DNA of 64,000 bases from a bacterium BMS3Bbin03 (GCA_002898015.1 BDTM01000016.1:38535-102534); one strand, 5' to 3'; shown: positions 10,416 to 20,035, counted from the first letter of the stretch. The notes: generated from the letters alone by a model not told the origin. Made by a program: numbers and translations.

Positions 10416-11567
10416 ATGAGTCTGAACATGAAGCATAAAAATAAAAAATTATCGCCTTTTGAAGATGGAAGTGATGTAGCCGTTATGGAGAAGGAAAAAA
10501 GCGTCGTACGAAAGAGAGAGCGCGTCCCCGGAGATAACATTTCCTTTGACCCGGAAGTGTACAAAAAGCATGCTTTCCAGAAGCTGGATCGGCGATTCTG
10601 GGGGATTTTCCTGGCGACCTTTATTTTCAATACCCTGTTCATGCTTTACCTGTCAAACCTGCCGTACCAGATTTCTGAAGATTCGGCACGCCGAATGCAG
10701 GAACACTACGCAAATTTTATTTTTAAGAGACAGCCTAAAGCTCCGAAAGCAGCGGAAACGGGCAAAAATACGGAAGAAGCGGCCAAGAAAAAGGAAGCGG
10801 CTAAGAAAGCGGCGGAGGCGGAAATTGCAAAGGCGGAATCTGCCGCTTCCGGCAAAAGCAAGAGTCCAAAGGGATACACAACGGCAAAAGAGCGCGTAGC
10901 CGCAAAATCAAGAAGTACGAGGCAGATTGCGCAGGAAGTGAGCAAAAAGGGATTGTTAGCCTTATTGACCGGCACGGGCGAAACCGCAAAGGGGCAGGCG
11001 ATTGAAGATGTTTTGGGGAACGATGCCAGTCAAACCAATGGAAAAAATCTGGATAAAATTCTATCAAATATTGGGGGGATCAAAACGGCCGGCACTTCCG
11101 AAGATGTTGGAAACGGCGGCGGGGCCCGCGGCAGCCGTGCCACAAGTTCCGGTGCGTCTATTGGTGATATCGTGACAGGATTAGGCCAGGCCAACGCAAA
11201 ATCTGTTCGGAAAAGAACAAAAATGAAGCTGTTTCGGTCATCGAATGTGAAGGCGGAAACCGGTAAATCCGGCGGACGCAGTGCCCAAAGCGTTCTGGCC
11301 GTCATTAATTCTCACAAAGCCGCCATCGAATATTGTTACCAGAGAGCGCTGCGGACAAATCCGAATTTAAAAGGGAAGATTTCTGTGCGGTTTGTCATCC
11401 ATCCCGACGGCAGTGTGGGCAAGGTGACCATTGTGGAATCGACCTTAAACAACGCCGGTGTGGAGCGCTGTATTGTCAGTAAAATCCGGCGCTGGCGGGA
11501 TTTCGGTCCGGTGGATCCGTCCAAGGGCGACGCCGTGTTCAGACAGGATTATATTTTCGGCTATTGA
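10416..11567 (+). CDS. TonB-like protein with AgmX/PglI-type C-terminal domain
   Basis: One TM segment (FWGIFLATFIFNTLFMLYL) and a Lys/Ala/Glu-rich linker. The C-terminus reads AIEYCYQRALRTNPNLKGKISVRFVIHPDGSVGKVTIVESTLNNAGVERCIVSKIRRWRDF, the pattern I associate with the AgmX/PglI (GltJ/GltG) C-terminal domain. Confidence 0.75.
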   Translation: MSLNMKHKNKKLSPFEDGSDVAVMEKEKSVVRKRERVPGDNISFDPEVYKKHAFQKLDRRFWGIFLATFIFNTLFMLYLSNLPYQISEDSARRMQEHYANFIFKRQPKAPKAAETGKNTEEAAKKKEAAKKAAEAEIAKAESAASGKSKSPKGYTTAKERVAAKSRSTRQIAQEVSKKGLLALLTGTGETAKGQAIEDVLGNDASQTNGKNLDKILSNIGGIKTAGTSEDVGNGGGARGSRATSSGASIGDIVTGLGQANAKSVRKRTKMKLFRSSNVKAETGKSGGRSAQSVLAVINSHKAAIEYCYQRALRTNPNLKGKISVRFVIHPDGSVGKVTIVESTLNNAGVERCIVSKIRRWRDFGPVDPSKGDAVFRQDYIFGY

Positions 11568-11594
11568 CCCCCTATTTCACCACCATTCAAAAAA

Positions 11595-11623
11595 AGCCCC
11601 GAACACGCTTCGGAGCTTTTTTA
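11595..11623 (+). terminator. Rho-independent terminator after the TonB-like gene
   Basis: AGCCCCGAA-cacgc-TTCGGAGCT stem with one mismatch, followed by a T6 run. Confidence 0.65.
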
Positions 11624-11645
11624 TTGGGTATTTTTAAAATAATAC

Positions 11646-11675
11646 TTGAATTGTATTTAGCAGATTGTGTATATT
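11646..11675 (+). promoter_or_regulatory. Possible sigma-70-type promoter for aspS
   Basis: TTGAAT (11646-11651), an 18-nt spacer, then TATATT (11670-11675) preceded by TG. Confidence 0.35.
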
Positions 11676-11751
11676 ATAAGCCATTTATTGAGTTTTATTT
11701 TAATCTCCACCGGCAATTCATATTAATACGCGTGTTTGTGACAAAGAGGAT

Positions 11752-13569
11752 GTGTTGAAATTGGAAAAATTGGGAGACTGGAGACGCACGCACACCTGCG
11801 GCGAGCTGCGAAAGGGTCATGTCGGCAAAATGGTGACCCTGATGGGTTGGGTGGATCGCAGACGGGACCACGGCGGACTGATTTTTGTCGATATTCGTGA
11901 CCGCTACGGGAGATCGCAGATTGTCTTCAATCCGAAAACCAATCAGTCGGTTTATGAAAAGGCCAAGGAACTCCGGCCGGAATTTGTGATTGCGGTGCGC
12001 GGAATCGTTTCGGAAAGGCCGCCGGAATCTTTGAATCCGAAATTGGCGACGGGCGAGGTTGAACTGCGCGCCGGTGCATTAAAAATTTTAAATGTGTCCA
12101 AAACACCCCCCTTTCAAATGATTGCGGATTTAGACGTTTCGGAGGAATTGCGCCTGAAATACCGCTATCTGGATCTCAGACGCCCGAAAGTTCAAAAGAA
12201 TATCTTATTGCGGCACAAAGTGGCTCAAATTGTGCGCCGTTATTTTGACGAACAGGATTTTATTGAAATTGAAACGCCTTATCTGATGAAAAGCACACCG
12301 GAGGGCGCCCGGGATTTTCTGGTGCCGAGCCGGCTTCATAAGGGCAAATTTTTCGCCCTGCCGCAGTCGCCGCAAACATACAAGCAGATCCTGATGGTGG
12401 CCGGGTACGACCGCTATTTTCAGATTGTCCGCTGTTTCCGGGATGAAGATTTGCGGGCCGATCGTCAGCCGGAATTTACCCAAATCGATGTGGAAATGTC
12501 TTTCGTGCAGGAGGAAGCCATTTTTTTGATTATAGAGGGTTTGATGGAAGCCGTTTTTAAGGCGATTTTGGGTGAATCCCTTCCGCGGCCCTTTTTAAGA
12601 CTCTCTTACGGGGATGCCCTTCGCCGCTTTGGCGTCGATAAACCGGACCTTCGTTTTGGAATGGAAATTCAAACGGTGACGCACCTGCTCGGGGAAACGG
12701 AATTTGAGGTTTTTAATTCTGTGAGGGCGGCGGGCGGAAATATCGCAGGCATTGCCGTGCCGGACGGTGGTAAATATTCCAGGTCTCAACTAACCGAGTT
12801 CAATAAATATGCATTATCCTTTGGAGCGAAAGGCACGCTGCCGTTAAAAGTCGAAAGGGGTGCATTGAAGGGGCAGGCTGCAAAATTCTTACGGCCGGAA
12901 ATTCAGTCACAGATTATTGAACTCTTTCAGGCGAAGGAGGGAGATTTAATTCTCCTGATCGCCGGTCTGGATGATGTTGTGTATCGCTCGCTTGGCGCAC
13001 TGCGGCTGTATTTCGGCGAAAAATTAAACCTGATTGACACGTCTGTTCATAAACTTGTGTGGGTGGTTGATTTTCCGCTGCTGGAATTTGACCCGGATCA
13101 GGGCCGGTACGTGGCCATGCATCATCCGTTTACATCGCCCAAAGAGGAAGACTTTGAGTTGATGGAGGCGGAGCCTTCAAAGATTCGCGCCAGAGCTTAT
13201 GATCTTGTGCTGGACGGGAATGAGATCGCCGGGGGCAGCATTCGTATTCACCGGAAGGATATCCAGATGAAAATGTTTAGGCTGCTCGGAATATCCCCGG
13301 AAGAGGCTGAGAAGAAGTTCGGATTTTTGCTTCACGCATTCGAGTACGGCGCTCCCCCGCACGGCGGAATTGCATTTGGTTTTGATCGGCTCGTCATGAT
13401 TCTGGCCGGCGAAAAATCCATTCGGGAGGTTATTCCGTTTCCGAAGACGACCAGCGCCATATCCTTAATGGATGGGGCTCCAGCGGAGGTCGACCAGGAG
13501 CAATTAAAAGAGTTGGGGATCCGGGTCGTGGAAACGGAAGATAGTCCGCCGGGGGAGAGAAAAAAATAG
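11752..13569 (+). CDS. aspS: Aspartate--tRNA ligase
   Basis: GWVDRRRDHGGLIFVDIRDRYG OB-fold N-terminus. Class II motifs are present (FFALPQSPQ, FRDEDLRADRQPEFTQID, GGSIRIH, GFDRLVM). The exact start is uncertain (GTG 11752, TTG 11755 or TTG 11761). Confidence 0.95.
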   Translation: MLKLEKLGDWRRTHTCGELRKGHVGKMVTLMGWVDRRRDHGGLIFVDIRDRYGRSQIVFNPKTNQSVYEKAKELRPEFVIAVRGIVSERPPESLNPKLATGEVELRAGALKILNVSKTPPFQMIADLDVSEELRLKYRYLDLRRPKVQKNILLRHKVAQIVRRYFDEQDFIEIETPYLMKSTPEGARDFLVPSRLHKGKFFALPQSPQTYKQILMVAGYDRYFQIVRCFRDEDLRADRQPEFTQIDVEMSFVQEEAIFLIIEGLMEAVFKAILGESLPRPFLRLSYGDALRRFGVDKPDLRFGMEIQTVTHLLGETEFEVFNSVRAAGGNIAGIAVPDGGKYSRSQLTEFNKYALSFGAKGTLPLKVERGALKGQAAKFLRPEIQSQIIELFQAKEGDLILLIAGLDDVVYRSLGALRLYFGEKLNLIDTSVHKLVWVVDFPLLEFDPDQGRYVAMHHPFTSPKEEDFELMEAEPSKIRARAYDLVLDGNEIAGGSIRIHRKDIQMKMFRLLGISPEEAEKKFGFLLHAFEYGAPPHGGIAFGFDRLVMILAGEKSIREVIPFPKTTSAISLMDGAPAEVDQEQLKELGIRVVETEDSPPGERKK

Positions 13570-13631
13570 ACGAACGCCCGTTTTTGATCGTTTAAAAATT
13601 GTGTTATTTTTAGTTTTATTTAATTTTTCCC

Positions 13632-13660
13632 TTGACAATTATTGTTTTTTTTGTTAATAT
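13632..13660 (+). promoter_or_regulatory. Near-consensus sigma-70-type promoter
   Basis: TTGACA (13632-13637), an exact 17-nt spacer, then TAATAT (13655-13660). It lies about 55 nt upstream of the ATG at 13716. Confidence 0.6.
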
Positions 13661-13715
13661 TGACTTAACATTAAACGATTTAATTTTAGTAAACAAAAAA
13701 GGAGGTGTTAGCCCT

Positions 13716-13991
13716 ATGTCGAAATGGTTTAGAAAATTTATACTGCTGGTTCTGGCGGGAATGTTTTTGGCGACAATCGCTTTTACGGGATGTACGCGAT
13801 ATGCGAATGACGAACAGCTAAAGACACTTCAGGAGACCAAGCAGGCCGCAAAAAGTGCCCAGCAAAAAGTGGCCGATTTGAAAAATGAAAAGGCTGATCT
13901 CCAGAAAAAACTGGATGCAAAAAAAGCCGATCTGGAAAAAGTGAAACACGAGAAAGAGGTTGTTAAAGCACGTTTGAGCAAGTCCGAATAG
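13716..13991 (+). CDS. Small coiled-coil lipoprotein (91 aa)
   Basis: GGAGG at 13701-13705 lies 10 nt before the ATG at 13716. The signal peptide ends at a Cys (LATIAFTGC). The rest is heptad-like (KVADLKNEKADLQKKLDAKKADLEKVKHEKE). The track start at 13632 sits on the promoter. Confidence 0.7.
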   Translation: MSKWFRKFILLVLAGMFLATIAFTGCTRYANDEQLKTLQETKQAAKSAQQKVADLKNEKADLQKKLDAKKADLEKVKHEKEVVKARLSKSE

Positions 13992-14029
13992 TGCAGTGAA
14001 TAAATTTGATCAGGAGGTGATGAGATTTT

Positions 14030-14875
14030 ATGAAACTTAAACGCATTTTTATAGCAGCCCTGGTGGCCGTTTTTATGGTGGGTACTTTGTCCAATTTCAC
14101 GTATGCACAATCAAAAGCAAAAATGAAATTAGACGATTATAAACTGGAATTGGCAAAATGGCAAAAGACCGAAGCCGATGCCAGGGTTCAGATCGCAGCC
14201 GAGCAAAAGGAAATTGACGCTTTGAAGGGCGAAATTCAAACCACTCAAAATGAAATCGACAAAACTTGGGGTGAGATTTACGCGCTTTTAGGGACAGACA
14301 AAAGTGGTGTTGAAGCCTACAGTCAGTCTTTAAAAGACCTGGAAAACCAGGTGGATGGTCTGAGTGCTCTTTCTTCTGAAGAACTTTTCCAGAAAAGAAA
14401 TGAGATTGAAGCTCTGGAAAAGAAATTGGAAGAGGAAAAGGCAAACAAAATTTCCAATCTCTCGACAATGCAAGATCTGCTTGCCACAGTCGAAGGTAAA
14501 TTGATGCAGGTAAAAAACAAATTGCCCAAATCAATTTATGACATGTACAAAGTCGTTCGTGGTGATTATCTGTGGAAGATTTCCAAAAAAGCCGATATTT
14601 ACGGTGATCCCTACCAATGGATGAAAATTTACACGTACAACCGTGAAATGATCAAGAATCCTAATTTGATCTATCCGGACTGGAATCTGAAAATTGTGCG
14701 TAAAACCGGCCCCAATGAGTATGTGGTGACAAAGGGTGATTATCTGAAAAAGATTGCCGGAACCACATTGGGTGATCCGACGTTGTGGACCAAAATCTAC
14801 GAAGCGAACAAATCACTCATTAAAAACAAAAACTTGATTTATCCTTACGAGGTTTTTGTGATTCCCAAGCAATAG
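14030..14875 (+). CDS. Secreted coiled-coil protein with two C-terminal LysM domains
   Basis: Signal peptide (FIAALVAVFMVGTLSNFTYAQ), a long coiled coil, and two LysM-like units (YKVVRGDYLWKISKK...IYPDWNLKI; YVVTKGDYLKKIAG...IYPYEVFVIP). Confidence 0.8.
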   Translation: MKLKRIFIAALVAVFMVGTLSNFTYAQSKAKMKLDDYKLELAKWQKTEADARVQIAAEQKEIDALKGEIQTTQNEIDKTWGEIYALLGTDKSGVEAYSQSLKDLENQVDGLSALSSEELFQKRNEIEALEKKLEEEKANKISNLSTMQDLLATVEGKLMQVKNKLPKSIYDMYKVVRGDYLWKISKKADIYGDPYQWMKIYTYNREMIKNPNLIYPDWNLKIVRKTGPNEYVVTKGDYLKKIAGTTLGDPTLWTKIYEANKSLIKNKNLIYPYEVFVIPKQ

Positions 14876-14907
14876 ATCATTTCAAAAATAGGTGACCTGC
14901 TTTACAA

Positions 14908-14937
14908 AACCCGTTTCAATTTTTGGAACGGGTTTTT
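14908..14937 (+). terminator. Rho-independent terminator after the LysM gene
   Basis: AACCCGTT (14908-14915) / AACGGGTT (14927-14934) stem, then a T5 run. Confidence 0.65.
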
Positions 14938-14961
14938 GTAATTTTAGGCGTTAAATAACTA

Positions 14962-14990
14962 TTGCAAAAGAAGTAAATTTATTGTATTAT
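14962..14990 (+). promoter_or_regulatory. Sigma-70-type promoter upstream of phoH
   Basis: TTGCAA (14962-14967), a 17-nt spacer, then TG-TATTAT (extended -10, 14983-14990). Confidence 0.5.
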
Positions 14991-15035
14991 TTTAGTAACA
15001 GGTTAACAATATAAAGGAGTTATTGTCCCCAGAGA

Positions 15036-15986
15036 ATGCAAAAGAGATTTTCAATAAAAGGCGTCGATCAATTACAATTGTTGGGGTTTCAAGATGTAAA
15101 TCTTCGATCAATCCAGCAGCGGTTTTCTACAAAAATAATTATTCGGGGTACGGATGTTCTGCTCGACGGGGCGGCTGCCGAAGTCATTCAGGTGGAGAAA
15201 CTCTTTTCGGAATTGATTTTATTGATCAATAGAAATGGAAAAGTCAGCGAAAGAGATCTGGAAACACTCATTTATCTGGTCAAATCAATTAGTCCTGCCA
15301 CAAAAGAAGAAGACCTGAGTTCCGTTATTTTGGGTACAAAGTCAGATTTTATCCGGCCCAAAACAAAAGGCCAATTGGCGTACTACCAGTCTACGCTGAA
15401 AAATGACATCGTTTTTGTGATTGGCCCGGCGGGAACCGGTAAGACCTATTTGGCGGTAGCCATTGCCGTGGCGCATTTAAAGGCTCACGAAGTAAGCCGG
15501 ATCGTATTGGCCCGGCCGGCCGTGGAAGCCGGCGAAAGCCTCGGGTTTTTACCCGGTGATTTTCGTGAAAAGATCGATCCCTATCTGCGTCCCCTTTACG
15601 ATGCGCTTTATGATATGCTTTCCGGCGATAAACTCCGCCAGATGATTGAAAGGGGTGAAATTGAAATTGTGCCGCTGGCCTACATGCGCGGACGAACATT
15701 GAACAACGCATTTGTCATTCTGGATGAAGCGCAAAATACAACCCCCAACCAGATGAAGATGTTTTTAACAAGATTGGGTGTGAGTTCAAAAGCAATCATT
15801 ACCGGTGATATTACGCAGGTGGATCTGCCCGTAAAGCAAAAGTCCGGACTCATCATCATTCAGGATATTCTGAAAGGGATTGAAGGGATTGATTTCGTTT
15901 ATTTGGATGAGAAAGATGTGGTACGGCATCGTCTGGTGCGCGAAATTATTAAAGCTTATGAAGTGTACAATCAAAATTCCGACTAA
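15036..15986 (+). CDS. phoH: PhoH-family ATPase (YbeZ-like)
   Basis: Walker A GPAGTGKTYLAV and DEAQN Walker B. It has the conserved position upstream of ybeY. Confidence 0.9.
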   Translation: MQKRFSIKGVDQLQLLGFQDVNLRSIQQRFSTKIIIRGTDVLLDGAAAEVIQVEKLFSELILLINRNGKVSERDLETLIYLVKSISPATKEEDLSSVILGTKSDFIRPKTKGQLAYYQSTLKNDIVFVIGPAGTGKTYLAVAIAVAHLKAHEVSRIVLARPAVEAGESLGFLPGDFREKIDPYLRPLYDALYDMLSGDKLRQMIERGEIEIVPLAYMRGRTLNNAFVILDEAQNTTPNQMKMFLTRLGVSSKAIITGDITQVDLPVKQKSGLIIIQDILKGIEGIDFVYLDEKDVVRHRLVREIIKAYEVYNQNSD

Positions 15987-15988
15987 AA

Positions 15989-18328
15989 ATGCGATTTTTT
16001 AAACGAAAGAAAATCTCTCAGCCGTCCGGGAAAAGCGGTTCGGTTAAAAATAAATCTTCGGATGAGGAGGGTTCGTGGTTTTCAAAAAACAGAGCCAGAT
16101 TAATCATTCTTCTGGTCTTTGTTATTCTGGTCACACTTTTTTTTCCGTCTCTTGAATTTAAACAATATCTGAATTTCCGTCCCGGAACGATCGCCTACCG
16201 CGATGTGATTGCGCCTTTCACCTTTTACATTTACAAGAGCAAACAGGAACTGAATCGAGATCGCGAAGAAGCCCGCCGGCGGGTTCTTCCGATTTTTCAG
16301 GTTGATCCCTCGGTTGCAGAAAAAGAGCTGGACCGTCTCAATCGCTTTTTTGATGAACTGCGCCTGCTGCGGAAATCCGGTGTATCGGACACCATCCGGA
16401 TTATAGAAATTTTGAGCTTTTGCCGTCGTGAAAATATTATCTTAACGGAAAAAGACGCCCACTTCTTCAATAAATTAGAATTGGCCGTTAACCAAAAATC
16501 ATTTTCCAGTTTTGAAAATGAAATGCAGCAAATCCTTCAGGATATTTACGCCATCGGTGTCATTAATCGATCAAAGTCGGAAATCCGGAAAATCAACCCC
16601 AGAATTTACATCAAGGATAAGGATCAGCATTTCGAAAAGGATTTGAATTATATTTACGACATGAAAGATGCCCGGGAGCGTATCCTTGAAAGGTTTAAGG
16701 CGCGATACCGGACGGCTTCGGATTCCATCCATGCGGCTTACGCATTGACCTCTTCATTATTAAAGCCGAACGTTATTTACGATGCAAAAGAGACGAACCG
16801 CCTGATTCACGAGGCAATTGCCGGTGTTCCGCTTGTGAAGGGGCAGGTCTTGAAGGGTGAAATAATCCTTCAAAAACATCAGCGAATCACGCCGGAACAG
16901 ATCGACGCCCTCCGTTCACTGGAAAAAGCACAAGCCGATAAAAATGCCGAAAGCATCTACTGGGAGTTATTCTCTTTTTACGTGGGCACACTCTTTTTCA
17001 TCTTAATTGCGCTTTTCCCGCTACTGAGTTTCATCTATGTCTATCGCCCCAAAATTTTCAATAATAACAACCATTTGATCATAATTCTGGGTTCGATGCT
17101 CCTGGTGGTGGCGCTTGCATTTTTTGTCCAGCATTATGGAATTACCCGGTACGTGGTGCCCGTGGCGGTCGTCCCGATGATGATTACCTATTATTTTGAC
17201 AATCGTGTGAGCCTGCTTTCCGGAGTCAGCTTGAGCATTCTGGTGGCCGGAATATTCGCAAATGACTTTACGCTGTTGGTGATCTCAATTTTTGTTTCTG
17301 CCGTGGGTGTGGTGGCGGTCGGTGTTTTGAGAGGCCGAAAACGGTTGACCAATTCTGTCTTTTTGATCGGCAGCGCTTATTTTTTTAGCCTTCTGTTTCT
17401 CGGAATCGCGCAGCAGATCCCCATACCGGAGATGGCACGCGATTGGATCGGCGGCCTCCTGAATGGCGTCATTTCGGCTGTTTTGGTGTACGGGCTGCTT
17501 TTGTTGTTTGATTACATCTTCAATGTGTGTTCGGAATATAAGCTTATCGAGTTAAGTGACCTTAGCCATCCGTTATTGAAGATGCTTGCCGTAAGAGCGC
17601 CAGGAACTTACAATCACAGTATTGTGATCAGCAATCTGGTGGAAGCCGCCGGCGAAGCCATTCGAGCCAACAGTCTTTTGGCAAAAGTGGGCGCCTACTA
17701 CCACGACATCGGCAAAATGTACATGCCCGAGTATTTTATTGAAAACCAGCGTTTCGGGAAAAATCCGCATGAAAGTCTGGCGCCGAGGCTCAGCAGTTTA
17801 ATCCTGCAAAATCATGTTAAAAAAGGCCTGGAATTTGCTAATCAGTATCACCTGCCGGCGGCCATTAAGGATTTTATTGCCCAGCACCACGGGACATCGT
17901 TAATGAAATTTTTTTACGAAAAGGCTCTCACGCTGAGCAAGGGGGTTCCGGTTAATGAGGCGGACTTCCGCTACCAGGGGGTCAAACCCCGGACGAGAGA
18001 GACGGGAATTCTGATGTTGGCGGATAATATAGAGGCGTTAACCCGCTCCGTTCACGACATAAATGTGAGTAAAATCAGAAATGCCATTCATTCCGTGGTG
18101 GAAGAAAAACTTCAAGAGGGGCAATTGGATGAGTGTCCCCTCACGATGCGGGAACTTCAGATTATTAGCAAAGCGTTTGAACAGAACTTAATAGGCGTCC
18201 ATCATGCCAGAATTGAATATCCCGGACAGGAGAAAATGATTTCGGGCAAAAAGGCGGCAAAATCCCCGCAGAAGGCGAAAAAATCGCCTGAAAAGAAAGT
18301 TCAAGAGCTTGAAGATAAAGGTATTTAA
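15989..18328 (+). CDS. 7TM-receptor HD-domain phosphohydrolase (PgpH/YqfF-like)
   Basis: Extracellular N-domain, about 7 TM helices, then an HD domain (NHSIVISNL...AYYHDIGKM). Confidence 0.85.
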   Translation: MRFFKRKKISQPSGKSGSVKNKSSDEEGSWFSKNRARLIILLVFVILVTLFFPSLEFKQYLNFRPGTIAYRDVIAPFTFYIYKSKQELNRDREEARRRVLPIFQVDPSVAEKELDRLNRFFDELRLLRKSGVSDTIRIIEILSFCRRENIILTEKDAHFFNKLELAVNQKSFSSFENEMQQILQDIYAIGVINRSKSEIRKINPRIYIKDKDQHFEKDLNYIYDMKDARERILERFKARYRTASDSIHAAYALTSSLLKPNVIYDAKETNRLIHEAIAGVPLVKGQVLKGEIILQKHQRITPEQIDALRSLEKAQADKNAESIYWELFSFYVGTLFFILIALFPLLSFIYVYRPKIFNNNNHLIIILGSMLLVVALAFFVQHYGITRYVVPVAVVPMMITYYFDNRVSLLSGVSLSILVAGIFANDFTLLVISIFVSAVGVVAVGVLRGRKRLTNSVFLIGSAYFFSLLFLGIAQQIPIPEMARDWIGGLLNGVISAVLVYGLLLLFDYIFNVCSEYKLIELSDLSHPLLKMLAVRAPGTYNHSIVISNLVEAAGEAIRANSLLAKVGAYYHDIGKMYMPEYFIENQRFGKNPHESLAPRLSSLILQNHVKKGLEFANQYHLPAAIKDFIAQHHGTSLMKFFYEKALTLSKGVPVNEADFRYQGVKPRTRETGILMLADNIEALTRSVHDINVSKIRNAIHSVVEEKLQEGQLDECPLTMRELQIISKAFEQNLIGVHHARIEYPGQEKMISGKKAAKSPQKAKKSPEKKVQELEDKGI

Positions 18329-18734
18329 AAATAGGTACCGGATTCCTGTAAAACGGATTGAAGTCGTGACAATTGTAAACCAGGTGGTTCGCGAAGAAGC
18401 CGGCGACAAAGAAGGCGAAATATCCGTCGTATTTCTTCCGGATGAAGCAATTCAGGGGATCAATCGCTCGTTTTTAAAGCATGATTATCCCACGGATGTC
18501 ATCGCTTTTAATCTGGAAGATAATCCGGGCGAAGTTTTGGATGGGGAAGTGTACATCGGGTTTGAACAGGCACGGATGCACGCAAAGGAGTATGGGGTCT
18601 CTTATCGGGAGGAGATACATCGCCTCATTATTCACGGTGTTTTACATTTGTGCGGGTGGGAGGATGATACCCCCCCGAAGAAGCGAAAAATGGCGGTGAG
18701 AGAAAATTATTTTCTCACAAAAATATTGAATTAA
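18309..18734 (+). CDS. ybeY: rRNA maturation endoribonuclease YbeY
   Basis: Zn-binding motif HGVLHLCGWEDD. It overlaps the upstream gene by 20 nt. Confidence 0.9.
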   Translation: MKIKVFKNRYRIPVKRIEVVTIVNQVVREEAGDKEGEISVVFLPDEAIQGINRSFLKHDYPTDVIAFNLEDNPGEVLDGEVYIGFEQARMHAKEYGVSYREEIHRLIIHGVLHLCGWEDDTPPKKRKMAVRENYFLTKILN

Positions 18735-18754
18735 ATCGAAGGGTAGTTTATTTA

Positions 18755-20035
18755 TTGGATTCATTTTATTTGATTTATGGCGGAATTTTTATCGTACTGC
18801 TCTTTTTATCGGCGTTTTTCTCCGGCACAGAGATAGCTTTTTTTTCGATTAGCAAAATTGATCTGTCCAATCTGAAAGAAGAACGCACCGGCAGTGCCAG
18901 AAAAATTGTAAAGCTGCTTAGCGATCAGCGGAAATTATTAATTACAATTCTAACCGGCAACACACTGGTGAATATTAGTGCGGCCATTATTGCCACTTTA
19001 TTGACGGTTCGATTGATCCGGCGTTATCAGTTCAGCGAAACTTGGGGAATGATCATCGAAGTGGTTAGTGTGACCTTTTTAATTTTAATTTTCGGTGAAA
19101 TCATTCCGAAGGTTTTCGCCGTTAAACGGCCGGTCGCTTTTGCCCGAAAAGTTGTGTTTTGGATCGATCTTGTCTGCCTGATTTTTTACCCTGTTTCATC
19201 TTTTTTGGAACGTCTGACCGAACTATTTTCAAAAGTGTTTCATCTCAAAAAAAGCGAGCGTCTTTTATCCGAAGACGAGCTGAGAACACTGATTGAATTG
19301 GGGGAAGAAAAAGGCATGATTCAGGAAGAAGAAAAGGATATGATCGATTCTATTTTTGAATTCGGGGAGACGACTGTGCGGGAGATTATGGTTCCCCGGA
19401 TCGATATGGTCTGTCTGGAAGTGAACACTCCCATTGAGAAACTCGCAGAGCTGATTCAGGAAGCCGGGCATTCCCGCATTCCAATTTATAAAGGGCGGAT
19501 CGACAATATTATCGGCATTATCCATGCTAAAGATCTCATTCCTTTTTCGGTTAATACGAAGAAAATTGTCGGTCTGGACAAATTGGCGCGTGCCGCTTAT
19601 TTCGTGCCGGAGAGCAAGAAAATCGATGAACTACTCCGCGAATTTCAGCGGGAGAAAACACACATGGCCATTGTTGTGGATGAATACGGCGGTACGGCAG
19701 GGCTGGTCACTCTGGAAGATGTGATTGAAGAAATCGTGGGCGAAATCCAGGATGAGTACGATCGGGAGCAGCCGCTGTTTCGGAAAATTGCCGAGAACAT
19801 CTGGCTGGTCGATGCGAAAATAGACATTCCGGAATTCAATGAAAACTTCCCGGAGCCTCTCCCTGAGAGAGAGGACTACGAATCCTTGGGAGGACTTATT
19901 TTCAGCATTACGGGGAGTGTCCCGGAAGAAAAAGAAATTATTTCGTATAATCATTACAAATTTCAAATTGAGAAATTGGAAGGCCAGCGAATTGCAAAGG
20001 TGAAAGTCATTTACACGCCGCGGGGGACTAAGTAG
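18755..20035 (+). CDS. CNNM/CorC-HlyC family membrane protein (DUF21 + CBS pair + CorC_HlyC)
   Basis: The N-terminal 4-TM DUF21 pattern is followed by VREIMVPRIDM, the CBS pair, MAIVVDEYGGTAGLVTLEDVIEEIVGEI and the C-terminal transporter-associated domain. TTG start. Confidence 0.85.
   Translation: MDSFYLIYGGIFIVLLFLSAFFSGTEIAFFSISKIDLSNLKEERTGSARKIVKLLSDQRKLLITILTGNTLVNISAAIIATLLTVRLIRRYQFSETWGMIIEVVSVTFLILIFGEIIPKVFAVKRPVAFARKVVFWIDLVCLIFYPVSSFLERLTELFSKVFHLKKSERLLSEDELRTLIELGEEKGMIQEEEKDMIDSIFEFGETTVREIMVPRIDMVCLEVNTPIEKLAELIQEAGHSRIPIYKGRIDNIIGIIHAKDLIPFSVNTKKIVGLDKLARAAYFVPESKKIDELLREFQREKTHMAIVVDEYGGTAGLVTLEDVIEEIVGEIQDEYDREQPLFRKIAENIWLVDAKIDIPEFNENFPEPLPEREDYESLGGLIFSITGSVPEEKEIISYNHYKFQIEKLEGQRIAKVKVIYTPRGTK

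Noticed and set aside
10546-10899. 117-aa alternative-frame ORF rich in Arg/Lys within the TonB-like gene. The same applies to 3879-4235 and 15023-15232.
   Set aside because: These are out-of-frame readings of Lys/Ala/Glu-rich or otherwise well-supported coding sequence, with no independent evidence.
11564-11758. 64-aa ORF between the TonB-like gene and aspS.
   Set aside because: It spans the intrinsic terminator and the AT-rich promoter region. The peptide is hydrophobic or low-complexity, with no RBS.
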